From positions 1,860,001 to 1,892,000 of the forward strand of contig FP565575.1 in the NCBI GenBank assembly GCA_000091165.1: 32,000 nucleotides of DNA, in the 5' to 3' direction. A program made the position numbers and the translations under genes. The stretch comes from Candidatus Methylomirabilis oxygeniifera (lineage in GTDB: Bacteria; Methylomirabilota; Methylomirabilia; Methylomirabilales; Methylomirabilaceae). Of the stretch, positions 17,623 through 30,302 are shown piece after piece. Every line of letters starts with the position of its first letter. Position 1 is the first letter of the stretch. A model generated the notes under the pieces. It searched no databases and had not been told where the DNA came from. It was given only the letters and a program-made list of their open reading frames with translations.

Positions 17623-18801
17623 ATGAGTATTGTTCAGGGGTGTAGTCGGACAGCCGGTCGAGTTTCCTTGACCCATCGTGCCTGGGTCGAGGTCGATCTC
17701 GAGGCGATCCGCCACAATATAGCCGCCATCCGACGGCTGCTGAAACCCTCCACACAGTTGATGTCGGTCGTCAAGGCTGATGGCTATGGCCATGGTGCTG
17801 TTGCGGTCGCTCGGACCGCGCTGTCAGCCGGCGCCTCATGGCTTGCGGTCGCCACAGTTGACGAAGGAATCTCTCTAAGAATGGCGGGAATTGACGCACC
17901 GATTCTCCTCTTCGGCCCCGTCATCTGCACAGAGGAGATCGAGGCTGTTGCCGAGCATCGGCTACAACCGACCGTCTGCAGCCTCGACCAGGCCCGTCGC
18001 TTCTCCGAGGCGGGTCTGGGGCCGGTCCCAATTCACCTGAAGGTTGATACCGGCATGTCCCGCCTGGGAATCTCCTGGCAGGAGGCTCAGGATCTCTTGA
18101 GCGCGATAAGGGTTCTGCCGGATGTGTCGGTTGTCAGCCTGTACAGCCACCTCGCTACGGCTGACGCAGTCGATCCCACGACAACCCGGGAGCAGTTTGA
18201 ACGGTTCTCTCAGTTGGTGGAGACGCTGGAGCAACAGGGAATCCGACCCCCATTGGTGCATCTGGCTAATTCTGCCGCTACCCTGACGTTCCCCGACACT
18301 CACTTCGACCTGGTCCGGATCGGGTTGGCCCAGTATGGCCTGTATCCAAGCTCTCACTTACAGGCCGTCGTTGCCCTTCGCCCCGCCCTTGCGCTCAAAG
18401 CAAAGATCATCTTCGTCAAAACCGTTCCACCGGGGACCGGTGTCAGTTACGGTCATACCTTTCGCACGGCGCGCCGGACGCGTTTAGCCACCGTATCTAT
18501 CGGCTATGGCGATGGAATCTCCCGCGCCCTCTCAAACAGGATCGACTTTCTCGTTCGGGGTCGGCGGGTACGACAGGTGGGCACGATCACGATGGACCAA
18601 TGCCTGATCGATGTCACCGACGCGCCGGAGGTGTCCGATGGGGATATCGCTACGCTTCTTGGGCACGACGGGGAGGAAGGTATCTCAATCGCAGAATGGG
18701 CAGAGCGACTGGGGACCATCCCGTACGAGATCCTGACTGCCCTCTCCCCGCGCCTGCCAAGGATTGTCTGCAGGGACGCAGTTTTGTGGACAGAGGCTTG
18801 A
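17623..18801 (+). CDS. alr: alanine racemase
   Basis: PLP-Lys motif VVKADGYGHG, RVGLAQYG-type region, and C-terminal YEILTALSPRLPR. Confidence 0.92.
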   Translation: MSIVQGCSRTAGRVSLTHRAWVEVDLEAIRHNIAAIRRLLKPSTQLMSVVKADGYGHGAVAVARTALSAGASWLAVATVDEGISLRMAGIDAPILLFGPVICTEEIEAVAEHRLQPTVCSLDQARRFSEAGLGPVPIHLKVDTGMSRLGISWQEAQDLLSAIRVLPDVSVVSLYSHLATADAVDPTTTREQFERFSQLVETLEQQGIRPPLVHLANSAATLTFPDTHFDLVRIGLAQYGLYPSSHLQAVVALRPALALKAKIIFVKTVPPGTGVSYGHTFRTARRTRLATVSIGYGDGISRALSNRIDFLVRGRRVRQVGTITMDQCLIDVTDAPEVSDGDIATLLGHDGEEGISIAEWAERLGTIPYEILTALSPRLPRIVCRDAVLWTEA

Positions 18802-18842
18802 CCGTATGATATAGTTTTCGTGGTTCCCGCTCCGAGGCTCAC

Positions 18843-18929
18843 GCGAGAGTGGCGGAATGGCAGACGCGCTGGACTTAGGATCCAGTCCGCCTTTGGCGGA
18901 TGGGGGTTCAAGTCCCCCCTCTCGCACCA
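18843..18929 (+). tRNA. tRNA-Leu (anticodon UAG), CCA encoded
   Basis: Hand-folded cloverleaf. Acceptor GCGAGAG pairs with CTCTCGC. Anticodon stem CTGGA/TCCAG carries loop CTTAGGA. The long variable arm is CCGCC-TTT-GGCGG. The T arm is GGGGG-TTCAAGT-CCCCC, followed by discriminator A and CCA. Confidence 0.9.
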
Positions 18930-18958
18930 CAAATCCGACATCTAATTCCGAGATACGT

Positions 18959-20254
18959 ATGAAAGTAGATATCGAAGAGATCAGCAGCACCAAACGCGCA
19001 CTCCGAGTCGAATTACCCCCTGAAAGTCTCTCAGAGAAGTTGGAGACGGCATATCTGCGCCTTGCGAAGAAGGCTCGCCTCCCAGGCTTCCGTCCAGGTA
19101 AGATCCCGCGGGATCTCCTGCGTTCGCGTTTCAGGGATGAAGCCAAACAGGAGGCCCTCAGAGAACTCATCCCGGAAAGCTATGGTCAAGCGCTGAAGGA
19201 GTCCAATCTGGATCCGATAAGCGAACCGACGTTGGAAGAGATGGTCTGCGAGGAGGGTAAGCCTCTAAGCTACCGGGCTTGCTTTGACGTGAGGCCCGCG
19301 CTACAGCTTTCGGGCTACACGGGAGTTGAGGTCTACAAGGAAAAGCTTGAAGTAGCGGACACTGAGGTCGATCAAGCCGTGGAGTATCTCCGGGAGCGGA
19401 CGGCAGAGTTCGTACCGATGGATGGCTGGCCCGCTCTACAGGAAGACCTCCTGGTGGTAGACTACGAAGGCTTTACCGGCGGTAAACCGCTCAAGGGCGT
19501 AAGCGGTCAAAACACCTCGATCCTTCTCGGCGCCCACCGGTTCATCCCAGAATTTGAGACCCAACTCCATGGCCTCAAGAAGGGCGATCTTAAAGAGTTC
19601 TCTATGGAGTTCCCGAACGATTACGGACGACGGGAGTTGGCGGGAAAGCGGGTACTGTTCAAGGTCACGGTCAAAGAGGTGAAGAAAAAGCAGGTACCGT
19701 CGCCGGATGATAATTTCGCGAAATCGGTGGCCGGCTGCGAAGATATCCAGGCTCTCAGAGAGAAGATCAAGCAGGATCTACTCGCGCATAAGGAGCGGGA
19801 GCAGGTGGTCCGTCTCAAGGACCAGATCCTGGACAAACTGCGCACTGCCCATCCGTTCGATCCTCCGGAATCGTTGGTGGATGCAGAGGTCGAGGCTATC
19901 CTCGCTGATCTGAGGCGGAGCGCCGGCAGCCGTAAGCCCACCGCTGCTCCGAGCGAAGACGAGGCGACGCTGGCCAAGGCGAGAGAACTCGCCTCAAAAC
20001 GGGTTCAGGACTCTCTCTTGCTGGAAACGGTGGCGAAGCAGGAAGGACTTGAGGTGTCGGAGGACGAATTGAATAAAGAGGTCGAGTCGGCCGCTGCCAC
20101 CCTGAATCGTAAACCGGAGGCCCTCCGCGACATGTTGGAGCGAGAAGGACGGATTGAGGCCTTCCGAACACGCTTACTGGAGGGAAAGGCGCTCGATCTT
20201 CTGTATAAGCAGGCCAACATTGTGGAAGGGAAAAATCTCGTAACCCTCGCCTGA
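18959..20254 (+). CDS. tig: trigger factor
   Basis: MKVDIEEISSTKRALRVELP start; ribosome-binding motif GFRPGKIPR; FKBP-like middle domain. The longer ORF-track start at 18857 would read through the tRNA and is rejected. Confidence 0.93.
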   Translation: MKVDIEEISSTKRALRVELPPESLSEKLETAYLRLAKKARLPGFRPGKIPRDLLRSRFRDEAKQEALRELIPESYGQALKESNLDPISEPTLEEMVCEEGKPLSYRACFDVRPALQLSGYTGVEVYKEKLEVADTEVDQAVEYLRERTAEFVPMDGWPALQEDLLVVDYEGFTGGKPLKGVSGQNTSILLGAHRFIPEFETQLHGLKKGDLKEFSMEFPNDYGRRELAGKRVLFKVTVKEVKKKQVPSPDDNFAKSVAGCEDIQALREKIKQDLLAHKEREQVVRLKDQILDKLRTAHPFDPPESLVDAEVEAILADLRRSAGSRKPTAAPSEDEATLAKARELASKRVQDSLLLETVAKQEGLEVSEDELNKEVESAAATLNRKPEALRDMLEREGRIEAFRTRLLEGKALDLLYKQANIVEGKNLVTLA

Positions 20255-20280
20255 GTGTCACGCAAAGGGAGTAGTGCGCC

Positions 20281-20898
20281 ATGCAACTGATTCCAATGGT
20301 TGTCGAGCAGACCAGTCGGGGCGAGCGAGCCTATGATATCTTTTCTCGTCTCCTGAAGGACCGAATTCTATTCATCGGAACTCCGATCGATGATGCCGAG
20401 TCAAATCTGATCATCGCCCAACTTCTCTTTCTGGAGGCCGAAGACCCAGATAAAGATATCCACCTCTATGTCAATTCACCGGGCGGATCGGTTACGGCCT
20501 CTCTGGCGATCTATGACACGATGCAGTATATCAAGCCGGCTATCGAAACCATCTGCATGGGGCAAGCTGCCAGCGGCGCCGCACTCCTGTTGGCAGCCGG
20601 CGCCAAAGGGAAGCGCTATGCCCTTCCCCACGCGCGGATTATGATCCACCAGCCATACGGAGGAGCGCAGGGGCAAGCGTCAGACATTCAGATTCAGGCG
20701 AAAGAGATTCTTCGGATGCGGCAGGAACTGGATCGGATCATCGCCGACCATACCGGCCAGCCGCTGGAGCGAATCGAGAAGGACAGCGATCGAGACTTTT
20801 TCATGTCGCCCAGTGAGGCGAAGGACTACGGATTGATCGACGAGGTGATCTACTCGCGCGATGGCCTTGCATTATCGGCTACAGCCCCGGCGCCCTAG
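20281..20898 (+). CDS. clpP: ATP-dependent Clp protease proteolytic subunit
   Basis: [16 protein letters not shown], catalytic-Ser region [11 protein letters not shown], and IMIHQP. Confidence 0.96.
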   Translation: MQLIPMVVEQTSRGERAYDIFSRLLKDRILFIGTPIDDAESNLIIAQLLFLEAEDPDKDIHLYVNSPGGSVTASLAIYDTMQYIKPAIETICMGQAASGAALLLAAGAKGKRYALPHARIMIHQPYGGAQGQASDIQIQAKEILRMRQELDRIIADHTGQPLERIEKDSDRDFFMSPSEAKDYGLIDEVIYSRDGLALSATAPAP

Positions 20899-21098
20899 GT
20901 GATCCGAACGTCGAACCGACGTCCGGAATCGCGCCAGTGACAGTCGCTTCAACTGTCATGGGGAGACAGATCGTCAGCGCTATCCAGATTACATGGACAG
21001 TATTATGTTCCGGGCAGCATAACGGAAGCGGAGAGCCACGCACGGCGGGCCACGCAGTACTTCGCGGTCGACGTCTGGAACGCAAGGGGGAAGAGTAG

Positions 21099-22346
21099 AT
21101 GGCCAAAGCGGTAAAAGGCGGGGGGAAACTCACTTGCTCCTTTTGCGGAAAAAGTCAGGATGACGTCCGGAAGCTGATCGCCGGTCCCACGGTCTACATC
21201 TGCGATGAGTGTATCGAGCTGTGCAACGACATCATCGCGGAGGAATGGGAGGAAGAAAAAGGGAAGAGTCTGGGCGAACTCCCCAAACCGTCCGAGATTA
21301 AATCGATCCTGGACCAGTATGTCATCGGTCAGGACCGGGCCAAAAAGAGCCTTGCGGTTGCCGTTCACAACCACTATAAGCGCGTCAATGCACGGATGAC
21401 CTTTGACGACGTCGAACTGACCAAGTCCAATATTCTTCTCATCGGTCCGACCGGATGCGGTAAGACACTGCTGGCGCAAACTCTGGCCAAAATCCTGGAT
21501 GTGCCGTTCACCATCGCCGATGCCACCACCCTCACTGAAGCGGGGTATGTTGGGGAGGATGTGGAGAACATCATCCTTCGACTGCTACAGGTTGCAGACT
21601 ACGATGTGGAGCGCGCAGAGCGAGGGATCATCTATATCGACGAGATCGACAAGATCGCGCGCAAGTCTGAAAATCCATCTATCACGCGGGACGTCTCCGG
21701 GGAAGGTGTTCAGCAGGCCCTCTTGAAGATCCTGGAGGGAACCGTCGCCAATGTCCCGCCTCAGGGTGGGCGGAAACATCCCCAACAGGAGTACCTGCAG
21801 GTCGATACGACAAATATCCTGTTTATCTGCGGCGGAGCATTTGTCGGGTTGGAGAAGGCCATTGAACATCGGACCGGCCAGAAGTCGATGGGATTCGGAG
21901 CCGAGATCCAGGCGAGGCGAGGCAGGCGGATCAGCGAGCTACTGGCCCATGTGCAACCGGAAGATCTGCTTCGGTACGGCCTCATCCCCGAATTGGTCGG
22001 GCGATTGCCGGTCATGGCCGTCGTGCATGAGCTCGATGAAAAAGCGCTGGTGCGAATCCTGGTAGAACCGAAGAACGCCCTGCTGCGTCAGTATCAGAGG
22101 TTCTTCGACTTTGAGCACGTCAAATTGACCTTTACCGACGATGCGATCAGCGCTGTAGCTCAGGAGGCGGCAAAGCGTCAAACCGGCGCCCGTGGCCTCC
22201 GGGCGATCCTTGAAGAGATCATGCTCGACATCATGTATGAGATCCCCTCACAGTCGGGGATTGCGGAGTGCATCATCAACCGCGAGACCGTCGTCGAGCG
22301 AAAAGCACCCATCATCCTCTATAAGAAAAAAGCCGAATCGGCCTGA
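21099..22346 (+). CDS. clpX: ATP-dependent Clp protease ATP-binding subunit ClpX
   Basis: N-terminal zinc finger CSFCGK...CDEC, Walker A GPTGCGKT, Walker [10 protein letters not shown], and GARGLR. Confidence 0.97.
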   Translation: MAKAVKGGGKLTCSFCGKSQDDVRKLIAGPTVYICDECIELCNDIIAEEWEEEKGKSLGELPKPSEIKSILDQYVIGQDRAKKSLAVAVHNHYKRVNARMTFDDVELTKSNILLIGPTGCGKTLLAQTLAKILDVPFTIADATTLTEAGYVGEDVENIILRLLQVADYDVERAERGIIYIDEIDKIARKSENPSITRDVSGEGVQQALLKILEGTVANVPPQGGRKHPQQEYLQVDTTNILFICGGAFVGLEKAIEHRTGQKSMGFGAEIQARRGRRISELLAHVQPEDLLRYGLIPELVGRLPVMAVVHELDEKALVRILVEPKNALLRQYQRFFDFEHVKLTFTDDAISAVAQEAAKRQTGARGLRAILEEIMLDIMYEIPSQSGIAECIINRETVVERKAPIILYKKKAESA

Positions 22347-22500
22347 CCGCCGAATCGCTTGCAGGTTGCCGACACCATTTGCCGGCCCTACTTCCTTTCG
22401 CGGCAATCTGAGATTTTCGATCTTATCGCTCCTCGCCGATCTTTCGCCCACTTCATGAGGACGGGGTAGGACTTTCTCGAACGGCTCGGAGGTATTCACT

Positions 22501-23415
22501 ATGAGATTCTTTATGCCGCGCTTGCTGCTCGTGGCGGGCTGCGCGACGATCCTGTTCTCGGTCTCAGGGTGCGCGGGCCTCGATCTTTTTTCACCGAAAC
22601 AGGCTGAGGTGCCTGCCGGATCTGACCAGGAGTTGATGAGCCGGGCTGAGGCGGCCTTCGCCCTGAAGCAGTATGATGAGGGGCGCAAACATCTGCAGCG
22701 CCTGATCAACAACTTTCCTGAGAGCGAACTGGTCCCGACTGCTCGTTTGAACAGCGGTCGCACCTACTTCGATGAGAAGAGGTTTGATGAGTCGCGCGCC
22801 GAGTATCAACGGTTCATGGAACTGTTTCCACAACATGAGCAGCTTGATGAAGCCCAGTATTACATCGGACTGTCTTACTTCCGCCAGATGGAGAAGGTGG
22901 ACCGCGATCAGACCATGACTAATAACGCGGCGCGAGAGTTCCGGACCCTGATCAACGACTTTCGTAACTCACAGTTTGTGTCGGACGCGCAGGCCAAATT
23001 AGCGGAGTGCTATCGGCAACTGGTTCAAAGGGAGCTGTACGTCGGCAAATTTTACTTTCACCGTGAGGCGTATGGCGCCGCCATCCCGCGGTTCGAGTCG
23101 ATTCTGAAGGAGTACCCCGGCTCGCAGTACGACGATCAGGCACTCTACTATCTTGGAGAGTCGCTCTGGGAACTCGAACAGAAGGTACCGGCCAAGGCGG
23201 CCTTTCAGCGCCTCATTGCAGAATTTCCCGACTCCGACATGGCGCCGCCGGCCGCGAAACGGATCGGCATGACCCTTGTCCAGGGGCCGCGCAGTCGCAA
23301 ACCCCCTGCTGGTCTCGTGGGCGGCGCATTGGACTCGATGTCCGATACGCTCTCAGAGTTACAAGATGCCATCTTGGACAGTTCGATCTGGCAAGCCCCG
23401 ACGACCACCCCCTAG
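22501..23415 (+). CDS. bamD: outer membrane protein assembly factor BamD-like TPR lipoprotein
   Basis: Lipoprotein signal (VSG|C) and repeated TPR-like helices matching the BamD/YfiO pattern (AEYQRFMELFPQHEQLDEAQYYIGLSYF, FESILKEYPGSQYDDQALYYLG). Confidence 0.8.
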   Translation: MRFFMPRLLLVAGCATILFSVSGCAGLDLFSPKQAEVPAGSDQELMSRAEAAFALKQYDEGRKHLQRLINNFPESELVPTARLNSGRTYFDEKRFDESRAEYQRFMELFPQHEQLDEAQYYIGLSYFRQMEKVDRDQTMTNNAAREFRTLINDFRNSQFVSDAQAKLAECYRQLVQRELYVGKFYFHREAYGAAIPRFESILKEYPGSQYDDQALYYLGESLWELEQKVPAKAAFQRLIAEFPDSDMAPPAAKRIGMTLVQGPRSRKPPAGLVGGALDSMSDTLSELQDAILDSSIWQAPTTTP

Positions 23416-23500
23416 GATGTCTCAGCACATGCGGACGTCGTGTCGGTATGGGGGTCATACCGCTGCTCAGGATGAGAACGCTTGCTTGGCGCTTCAGTGA

Positions 23501-24439
23501 ATGCACGAGACCAGCTGCTCACATCGACCGCCGTCTCTCGGGCATGAGACCAGGGCGCTGCTCCGGCAGTACCATCTACTGCCGAAACGAGGTCTCGGGC
23601 AAAGCTTCCTCGTCTCCCCTACCGTTCGCGACCTGATCCTTCGCGCGGCAGATGTCGGGCCACAGGACCTCGTAGTGGAGATCGGTCCCGGTACGGGAGT
23701 TCTGACCGAGGGACTGGCCGAACAAGCGGGCCGGCTGATTGCCATCGAGCGTGATCCGGGGCTCCATCGGCTGCTGGCGGAGCGCCTCGGAGATCGTCCC
23801 ACGGTGTCACTGATCTGCGGTGACGCCCTCGAATTCGATTTCGTAAACGTATGTGGCACGATGTGTCCAGCGTATACACGGGCCAAGCTGGTTTCAAATC
23901 TCCCCTATTCGGTCGCCACGCCCCTGATCCTCCAGTTGATCCCACTGCAGCGGTACTTCTCCTTCCTCCTGGTGATGGTGCAACGAGAGGTGGCGCAGCG
24001 GCTTTTGGCGTCGCCAGGCGAAGAGGGGTATAGCGCCTTAACGCTCCGTTGCCGTTACGAGGCGGATGTCTCAGCGGTGGCGCAGGTCCCACGGACGGCC
24101 TTCTACCCAAAGCCCGCAGTGGACTCGACCCTCGTTCGCCTCGACCTGCTGCCTGGGCCCAAGGTGACCGTGCATTCCCCTGGCCTGCTGTTTCGCATCG
24201 TACGGGCTGCGTTCGGGCAGCGCAGGAAGATGCTGCGTAATGCGCTGTTGAACGCCGGCATCATGACGGAGCCTGCAGACCTGGACCGGATCTTAGCGGA
24301 TGCGGGCATCGACCCGAAGCGCCGCGGCGAAACCCTGAACCTTGATGAATTTGCTCAACTCGCCGATCGTCTGTATGCGATGGGCATCACCTCGCCTCGA
24401 CAGGCCCTCCCGGGAGAAGGAGATGTTGCGTACAGCTAA
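23501..24439 (+). CDS. rsmA: 16S rRNA (adenine1518/1519-N6)-dimethyltransferase
   Basis: KRGLGQSFL, SAM-binding VVEIGPGTGVLT, NLPYSVATP and FGQRRKML. Confidence 0.9.
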   Translation: MHETSCSHRPPSLGHETRALLRQYHLLPKRGLGQSFLVSPTVRDLILRAADVGPQDLVVEIGPGTGVLTEGLAEQAGRLIAIERDPGLHRLLAERLGDRPTVSLICGDALEFDFVNVCGTMCPAYTRAKLVSNLPYSVATPLILQLIPLQRYFSFLLVMVQREVAQRLLASPGEEGYSALTLRCRYEADVSAVAQVPRTAFYPKPAVDSTLVRLDLLPGPKVTVHSPGLLFRIVRAAFGQRRKMLRNALLNAGIMTEPADLDRILADAGIDPKRRGETLNLDEFAQLADRLYAMGITSPRQALPGEGDVAYS

Positions 24440-24469
24440 GCATCAGGAGAACGCGCGGGTTAGTCGACG

Positions 24470-25507
24470 ATGAAGATTTCGGCTATCGGAGAGTTTGCCC
24501 TGATCGAACGGATCAGGCGCATCCTGCCTCGACCGCGTGATGTATTGCTTGGAATCGGGGATGACTGCGCCGCGTTGCGGCCTACAGCAGGCACAGATCT
24601 CCTGCTGACGACCGATCTGTTGGTTGAAGGCGTCGATTTCACGCCGCAGACCATCACGCCCTTTCGTCTCGGGCGTAAGGCGATAGGAGTGAATCTCAGC
24701 GACATCGCCGCCATGGGGGGTATGCCGCGCACCGCGCTTGTTACGCTGGCAATTTCACCCGATGAAGAGATTGAGTTTGTCGATGAGCTCTATCGTGGTC
24801 TCCAGGAGGAAGGCGAGCGATTCGCAGTCGAGGTCATCGGTGGCGATCTGTCCGCCTCTTCCACCCTCATGATCGGCGTGACCCTGGTGGGGGAAGTAGA
24901 GGCCGGAAAGGCCGTCAGACGTTCCGGCGCGAAATCTGGGGAACGGATTTGGATCACGGGCCGCTTGGGCGCGTCGGCGGCAGGTCTTACCGCGCTCAGG
25001 GCCGGTTGCCGCCTTCAAGACGATCAGGTCGAGACCCCCTTTGAAGCCTCCGGCTCTCTCCTGGAGGCTATCAGGCAGGCTATCGAACGACATCTCTGTC
25101 CCGTCCCAAGGGTTCGAGAGGGAAGGACCCTTGGGCAGGCCGGAGTCGCATCCGCAATGATTGACCTGAGCGATGGGCTGGCTTCGGACCTGGCGCATCT
25201 GTGCCGCGAGAGCGGAGTCTCGGCAACAATCAGAGAGGATCAGATCCCGATCGACCAGGCTGCATCAGCCATCGCCCGGCGCTTCGGCCAGGAGCCGCTT
25301 ACCCTGGCGCTGCAGGGCGGAGAAGACTTCGAGCTGCTCTTCACCTCGTCGTGGGATCCTGCCGATATTGTCGCCATGTTTCCCGATGCGGTGACGGTAA
25401 CCGCAGTCGGGGAGATCCAGGAAGCGGGTGTAGGATGTCGGCTCGAACGCCAAGACGGTACCGCAATAGCGCTGACCGGCGGCTACAATCATTTCCGGCG
25501 AACATAG
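24470..25507 (+). CDS. thiL: thiamine-monophosphate kinase
   Basis: IGEFALIERI, GIGDDCA, LLLTTDLLVEGVDF, NLSDIAAMGG and GGEDFELLFT. Confidence 0.9.
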   Translation: MKISAIGEFALIERIRRILPRPRDVLLGIGDDCAALRPTAGTDLLLTTDLLVEGVDFTPQTITPFRLGRKAIGVNLSDIAAMGGMPRTALVTLAISPDEEIEFVDELYRGLQEEGERFAVEVIGGDLSASSTLMIGVTLVGEVEAGKAVRRSGAKSGERIWITGRLGASAAGLTALRAGCRLQDDQVETPFEASGSLLEAIRQAIERHLCPVPRVREGRTLGQAGVASAMIDLSDGLASDLAHLCRESGVSATIREDQIPIDQAASAIARRFGQEPLTLALQGGEDFELLFTSSWDPADIVAMFPDAVTVTAVGEIQEAGVGCRLERQDGTAIALTGGYNHFRRT

Positions 25508-25616
25508 CGATCAGCGTTCAGCACTCGGCCCTCAGCTACGGGTGTGGCCAGGAGGGCCGCAAGCGATTAGACTGTAAGAGCAAGAATGTTTCGCGGGTTT
25601 GTATGGAGGGATGAAG

Positions 25617-26060
25617 ATGCATCTGATAAAGGAGATATTACACGCCCTATGGACGCTGGGATCGATTGTCGGCGCCGGCCTCAGAGAGGTTGTCACGATC
25701 ATGGCCTTTACCGAAGGCGGCCTCATGCGGCAGTTTCGCCTTTCGAGGCGCATCATCGCCTTCTCCTGTATTGTGCTGACGGGCCTGACCGTCGGCTCAA
25801 GCGTCACCCTGCTCAACCTGGTTCGAGGTCGGTATTACCTGACTCGCGTAAAATATTTGGAACAGGAAAATCGCGCAATGACCTCGCTCCTGCAGGAACA
25901 GGCTGAGCAACTGAGCACACTGAAGATCGAGATGGCCAAGTTGAAGGAATTTGAAGAGAGCTTGCGGCAGGTTGCCGGTCTCAGCGTTGCATCCGAGCTC
26001 CAGACAAGCGCGCCTGAACCCGCCGGTGGACGCGCGCCCTCACGAGGCCGTAGGCCGTAA
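25617..26060 (+). CDS. membrane-anchored coiled-coil protein (hypothetical)
   Basis: One TM helix (IIAFSCIVLTGLTVGSSVTLLNLV) followed by a heptad-like segment (YLEQENRAMTSLLQEQAEQLSTLKIEMAKLKEFEESL). The ATG at 25617 has GGAGG 7 nt upstream. The ORF track starts at a TTG at 25599. Confidence 0.55.
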   Translation: MHLIKEILHALWTLGSIVGAGLREVVTIMAFTEGGLMRQFRLSRRIIAFSCIVLTGLTVGSSVTLLNLVRGRYYLTRVKYLEQENRAMTSLLQEQAEQLSTLKIEMAKLKEFEESLRQVAGLSVASELQTSAPEPAGGRAPSRGRRP

Positions 26061-26065
26061 CGGCC

Positions 26066-28608
<2,543 letters not shown>

Positions 28609-28923
28609 CCTGATATCCTCTGCTCTCGCTTGGTCACCAGCACATATGGCTACACGCCGAGCGCAACAACGCTACGCGCCACCATCACTTCACCGAACAG
28701 CGCACCAAAATCCCCCAGAATATTATCACGCTCACGGCCCCATGGCCAGATGAAACACGCGCGGTCACTCTCCAAAGAGTTACTTTTCACTTGACCCCAA
28801 CAGACATGAGATCATCGCGTGGGCCCGTAAAAGGGGCTCGCCTTGGCGCTCCTCCGGTTAAGCGCTCTGAGTAGGAAGCTCGCAAGGGGTGAGTTGCCCC
28901 GTAAAGGCAAAGAAGGACAGGAC

Positions 28924-28952
28924 TTGACAATTCGTGGGAAAGTGGTCAAAAT
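28924..28952 (+). promoter_or_regulatory. candidate promoter of the RelE-like TA operon, flanked by inverted repeats
   Basis: -35 TTGACA (28924-29), a 17-nt spacer, then -10 CAAAAT (28947-52). GGACTTG (28920-26) and CAAGTCC (28970-76) bracket it, and AAGGACA is repeated at 28914 and 28964. Confidence 0.3.
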
Positions 28953-29069
28953 CTTATTGCCCACAAGGACAAGTCCATAGGGTTCCCCTCGCCCACGGGT
29001 ACCAACGGGTACGGAGAGGGCGCGAGTGGGGAAGATTTTCTAACCGAGGCTAAAGGAGCTTGCGCAACG

Positions 29070-29402
29070 ATGTCATCCAATGAAGTTTTGTTAGACGAGC
29101 ATTTCACGCCCGTCGGAAAAGGTACCTTGGACAGTAAGAAGCGCATCGCCCTCACGAAGGCCATAGAAGCCCTGCACACTGTAATCGGCGAGGACGTAGA
29201 ACGGCTGCGTTTTAAGATCGCTTGCAACGACGCGGGCCAGATCCTGCTCTCCCCAGAAGTCACCGTTCCACTCCATGAAGCCTGGCTTTACAAAAACAAG
29301 GCCGCACTGGAGAGCGTACACCGGGGCTTGGAAGAAGCCGGACGCGGCAAGGCACGGAAGATCGGCTCGTTTGCTAAGCACGCCGACGACAAGATCGATT
29401 AG
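29070..29402 (+). CDS. putative type II antitoxin (AbrB/MazE-like N-terminus)
   Basis: AAGGAG SD 8 nt upstream. It sits immediately upstream of a RelE-superfamily toxin gene. N-terminal GKGTLDSKKRIAL; acidic C-terminus. The family assignment is tentative. Confidence 0.65.
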   Translation: MSSNEVLLDEHFTPVGKGTLDSKKRIALTKAIEALHTVIGEDVERLRFKIACNDAGQILLSPEVTVPLHEAWLYKNKAALESVHRGLEEAGRGKARKIGSFAKHADDKID

Positions 29403-29411
29403 CGGGCGAAC

Positions 29412-29711
29412 TTGTCTCAATTTACACTCACATTCACGCCGACCGCAGGCAAGCAACTAAAAGCGCTTGAGCGAGACAAGGGGCTTGAGAAGCGCCTGAA
29501 GGCGGTACAAAAGGCCCTCGGCCTCATGGAAATCGATCTCCGCCATCCGAGTCTTAATACTCATGAATACAAAAGCCTGAAGGGTTTGCAGGGTGAAAAG
29601 GTGTTTGCAACCTACGCAGAGAGTAAGACGCCGGCAGCCTATCGGATCTTCTGGCGCTACGGAACCAAGCGGGGTGAGATCATCGTTATCGCGATCACGT
29701 CTCACCCGTAA
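29412..29711 (+). CDS. RelE/ParE-superfamily toxin (RelE/YafQ-like)
   Basis: LRHPSLNTHEYKSLKG...AYRIFWRY...IIVIAITSHP resembles RelE/YafQ-type mRNA interferases. TTG start 9 nt after the antitoxin stop, in the same reading frame as the antitoxin. Confidence 0.78.
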   Translation: MSQFTLTFTPTAGKQLKALERDKGLEKRLKAVQKALGLMEIDLRHPSLNTHEYKSLKGLQGEKVFATYAESKTPAAYRIFWRYGTKRGEIIVIAITSHP

Positions 29712-29790
29712 AGCTGCACCATCCCTTACCGATACCTGTCCAGCATCGCTCCACTTTCTACTTGACACCAAAAGGCGCGAGATCATCATA

Positions 29791-29970
29791 TAGTTTCGTG
29801 ACGGGCAGGAGGGATCGCTTTGTCACACGTTACAACACTCCAAGGCGACCCACTTACTCGATGGCGGCCCCGACATCCGGACGGTCCAAGAGTTGCTTGG
29901 CCATCGGGATGTGAGCAGGACGATGATCTATGCGCAAACCACGCGTCTCCTTGGAACTACTCGGAGGTAG
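29791..29970 (+). pseudogene. tyrosine recombinase C-terminal fragment (decayed)
   Basis: The frame from 29821 reads [41 protein letters not shown]. The consensus is [38 protein letters not shown]. Here the catalytic Arg is replaced by Gln and there is no N-terminal portion or start codon. Confidence 0.7.
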
Positions 29971-29972
29971 CG

Positions 29973-30158
29973 ATGAAACAGCGTCAGAGTGATCCGGTCA
30001 TCGATGAGATCCGGGATGTGCGCCGCCGCATCTCAGCGCGCGTTGCGCATGATCCCGCCCGATTAGTGGCCCACTACATGGAGCTACAGAAACAGGACCA
30101 GGATCGGCTGATTGAGACCGAGAAAACCGCCCAGCGCATCGATCAGTCGGCCGCCTAA
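29973..30158 (+). CDS. small hypothetical protein (61 aa)
   Basis: ATG with GGAGG 5 nt upstream. The DPVIDEIRDVRRRISARVAHDPARLVAHYMELQK pattern is one I recall from small orphan genes in TA-rich regions. The longer 29820 start in the ORF track is a shadow of the recombinase fragment. Confidence 0.55.
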   Translation: MKQRQSDPVIDEIRDVRRRISARVAHDPARLVAHYMELQKQDQDRLIETEKTAQRIDQSAA

Positions 30159-30267
30159 CTTTGCGCCCCAGCCAGACGCTCGCTCCACTTGTACGGCTGA
30201 GCGTGGTTGTTATACCCCGCCTGTGCCGATGTCGTAGCGAAGCGAATCTTCGTAAGGTGAGTAATCG

Positions 30268-30296
30268 TTGACAAGCTGTAATCGTTCGATTACACT
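30268..30296 (+). promoter_or_regulatory. sigma70 promoter with palindromic operator for higBA-like operon (leaderless)
   Basis: -35 TTGACA (30268-73), a 17-nt spacer, then -10 TACACT (30291-96), with the ATG at 30303 and no SD. The perfect palindrome TAATCG-TT-CGATTA (30279-92) lies in the spacer, and the direct repeat GTAATCGTT occurs at 30261-69 and 30278-86. Confidence 0.55.
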
Positions 30297-30302
30297 CTAT
30301 CT

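Noticed and set aside
18857-18958. The 5' extension of the trigger factor ORF in the ORF track (start at 18857).
   Set aside because: The extension reads straight through the tRNA-Leu gene (18843-18929). The canonical trigger factor N-terminus MKVDIEE begins at 18959.
20899-21098. The 200-bp clpP-clpX spacer and the 154-bp clpX-bamD spacer, examined for sRNA, riboswitch or terminator structures.
   Set aside because: Only short 5-6 bp inverted repeats are present (for example TGACAG...CTGTCA at about 20938-20960), which is no more than expected by chance.
30152-30225. A possible attC site starting at GCCTAAC, which overlaps the stop codon of the 61-aa ORF. It has an internal pairing of CCAGACGCTC with GAGCGTGG containing two bulged bases. 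A second GCCTAAC overlaps the stop at 31860-66.
   Set aside because: There is no acceptable GTTRRRY partner at the 3' side (only GTTGTTA or GTTATAC). The spacing between the putative R and L boxes is very asymmetric (10 nt versus about 2 nt). Both GCCTAAC matches arise simply from ORFs ending in Ala-Ala-stop. A covariance-model scan would be needed to revive this idea.
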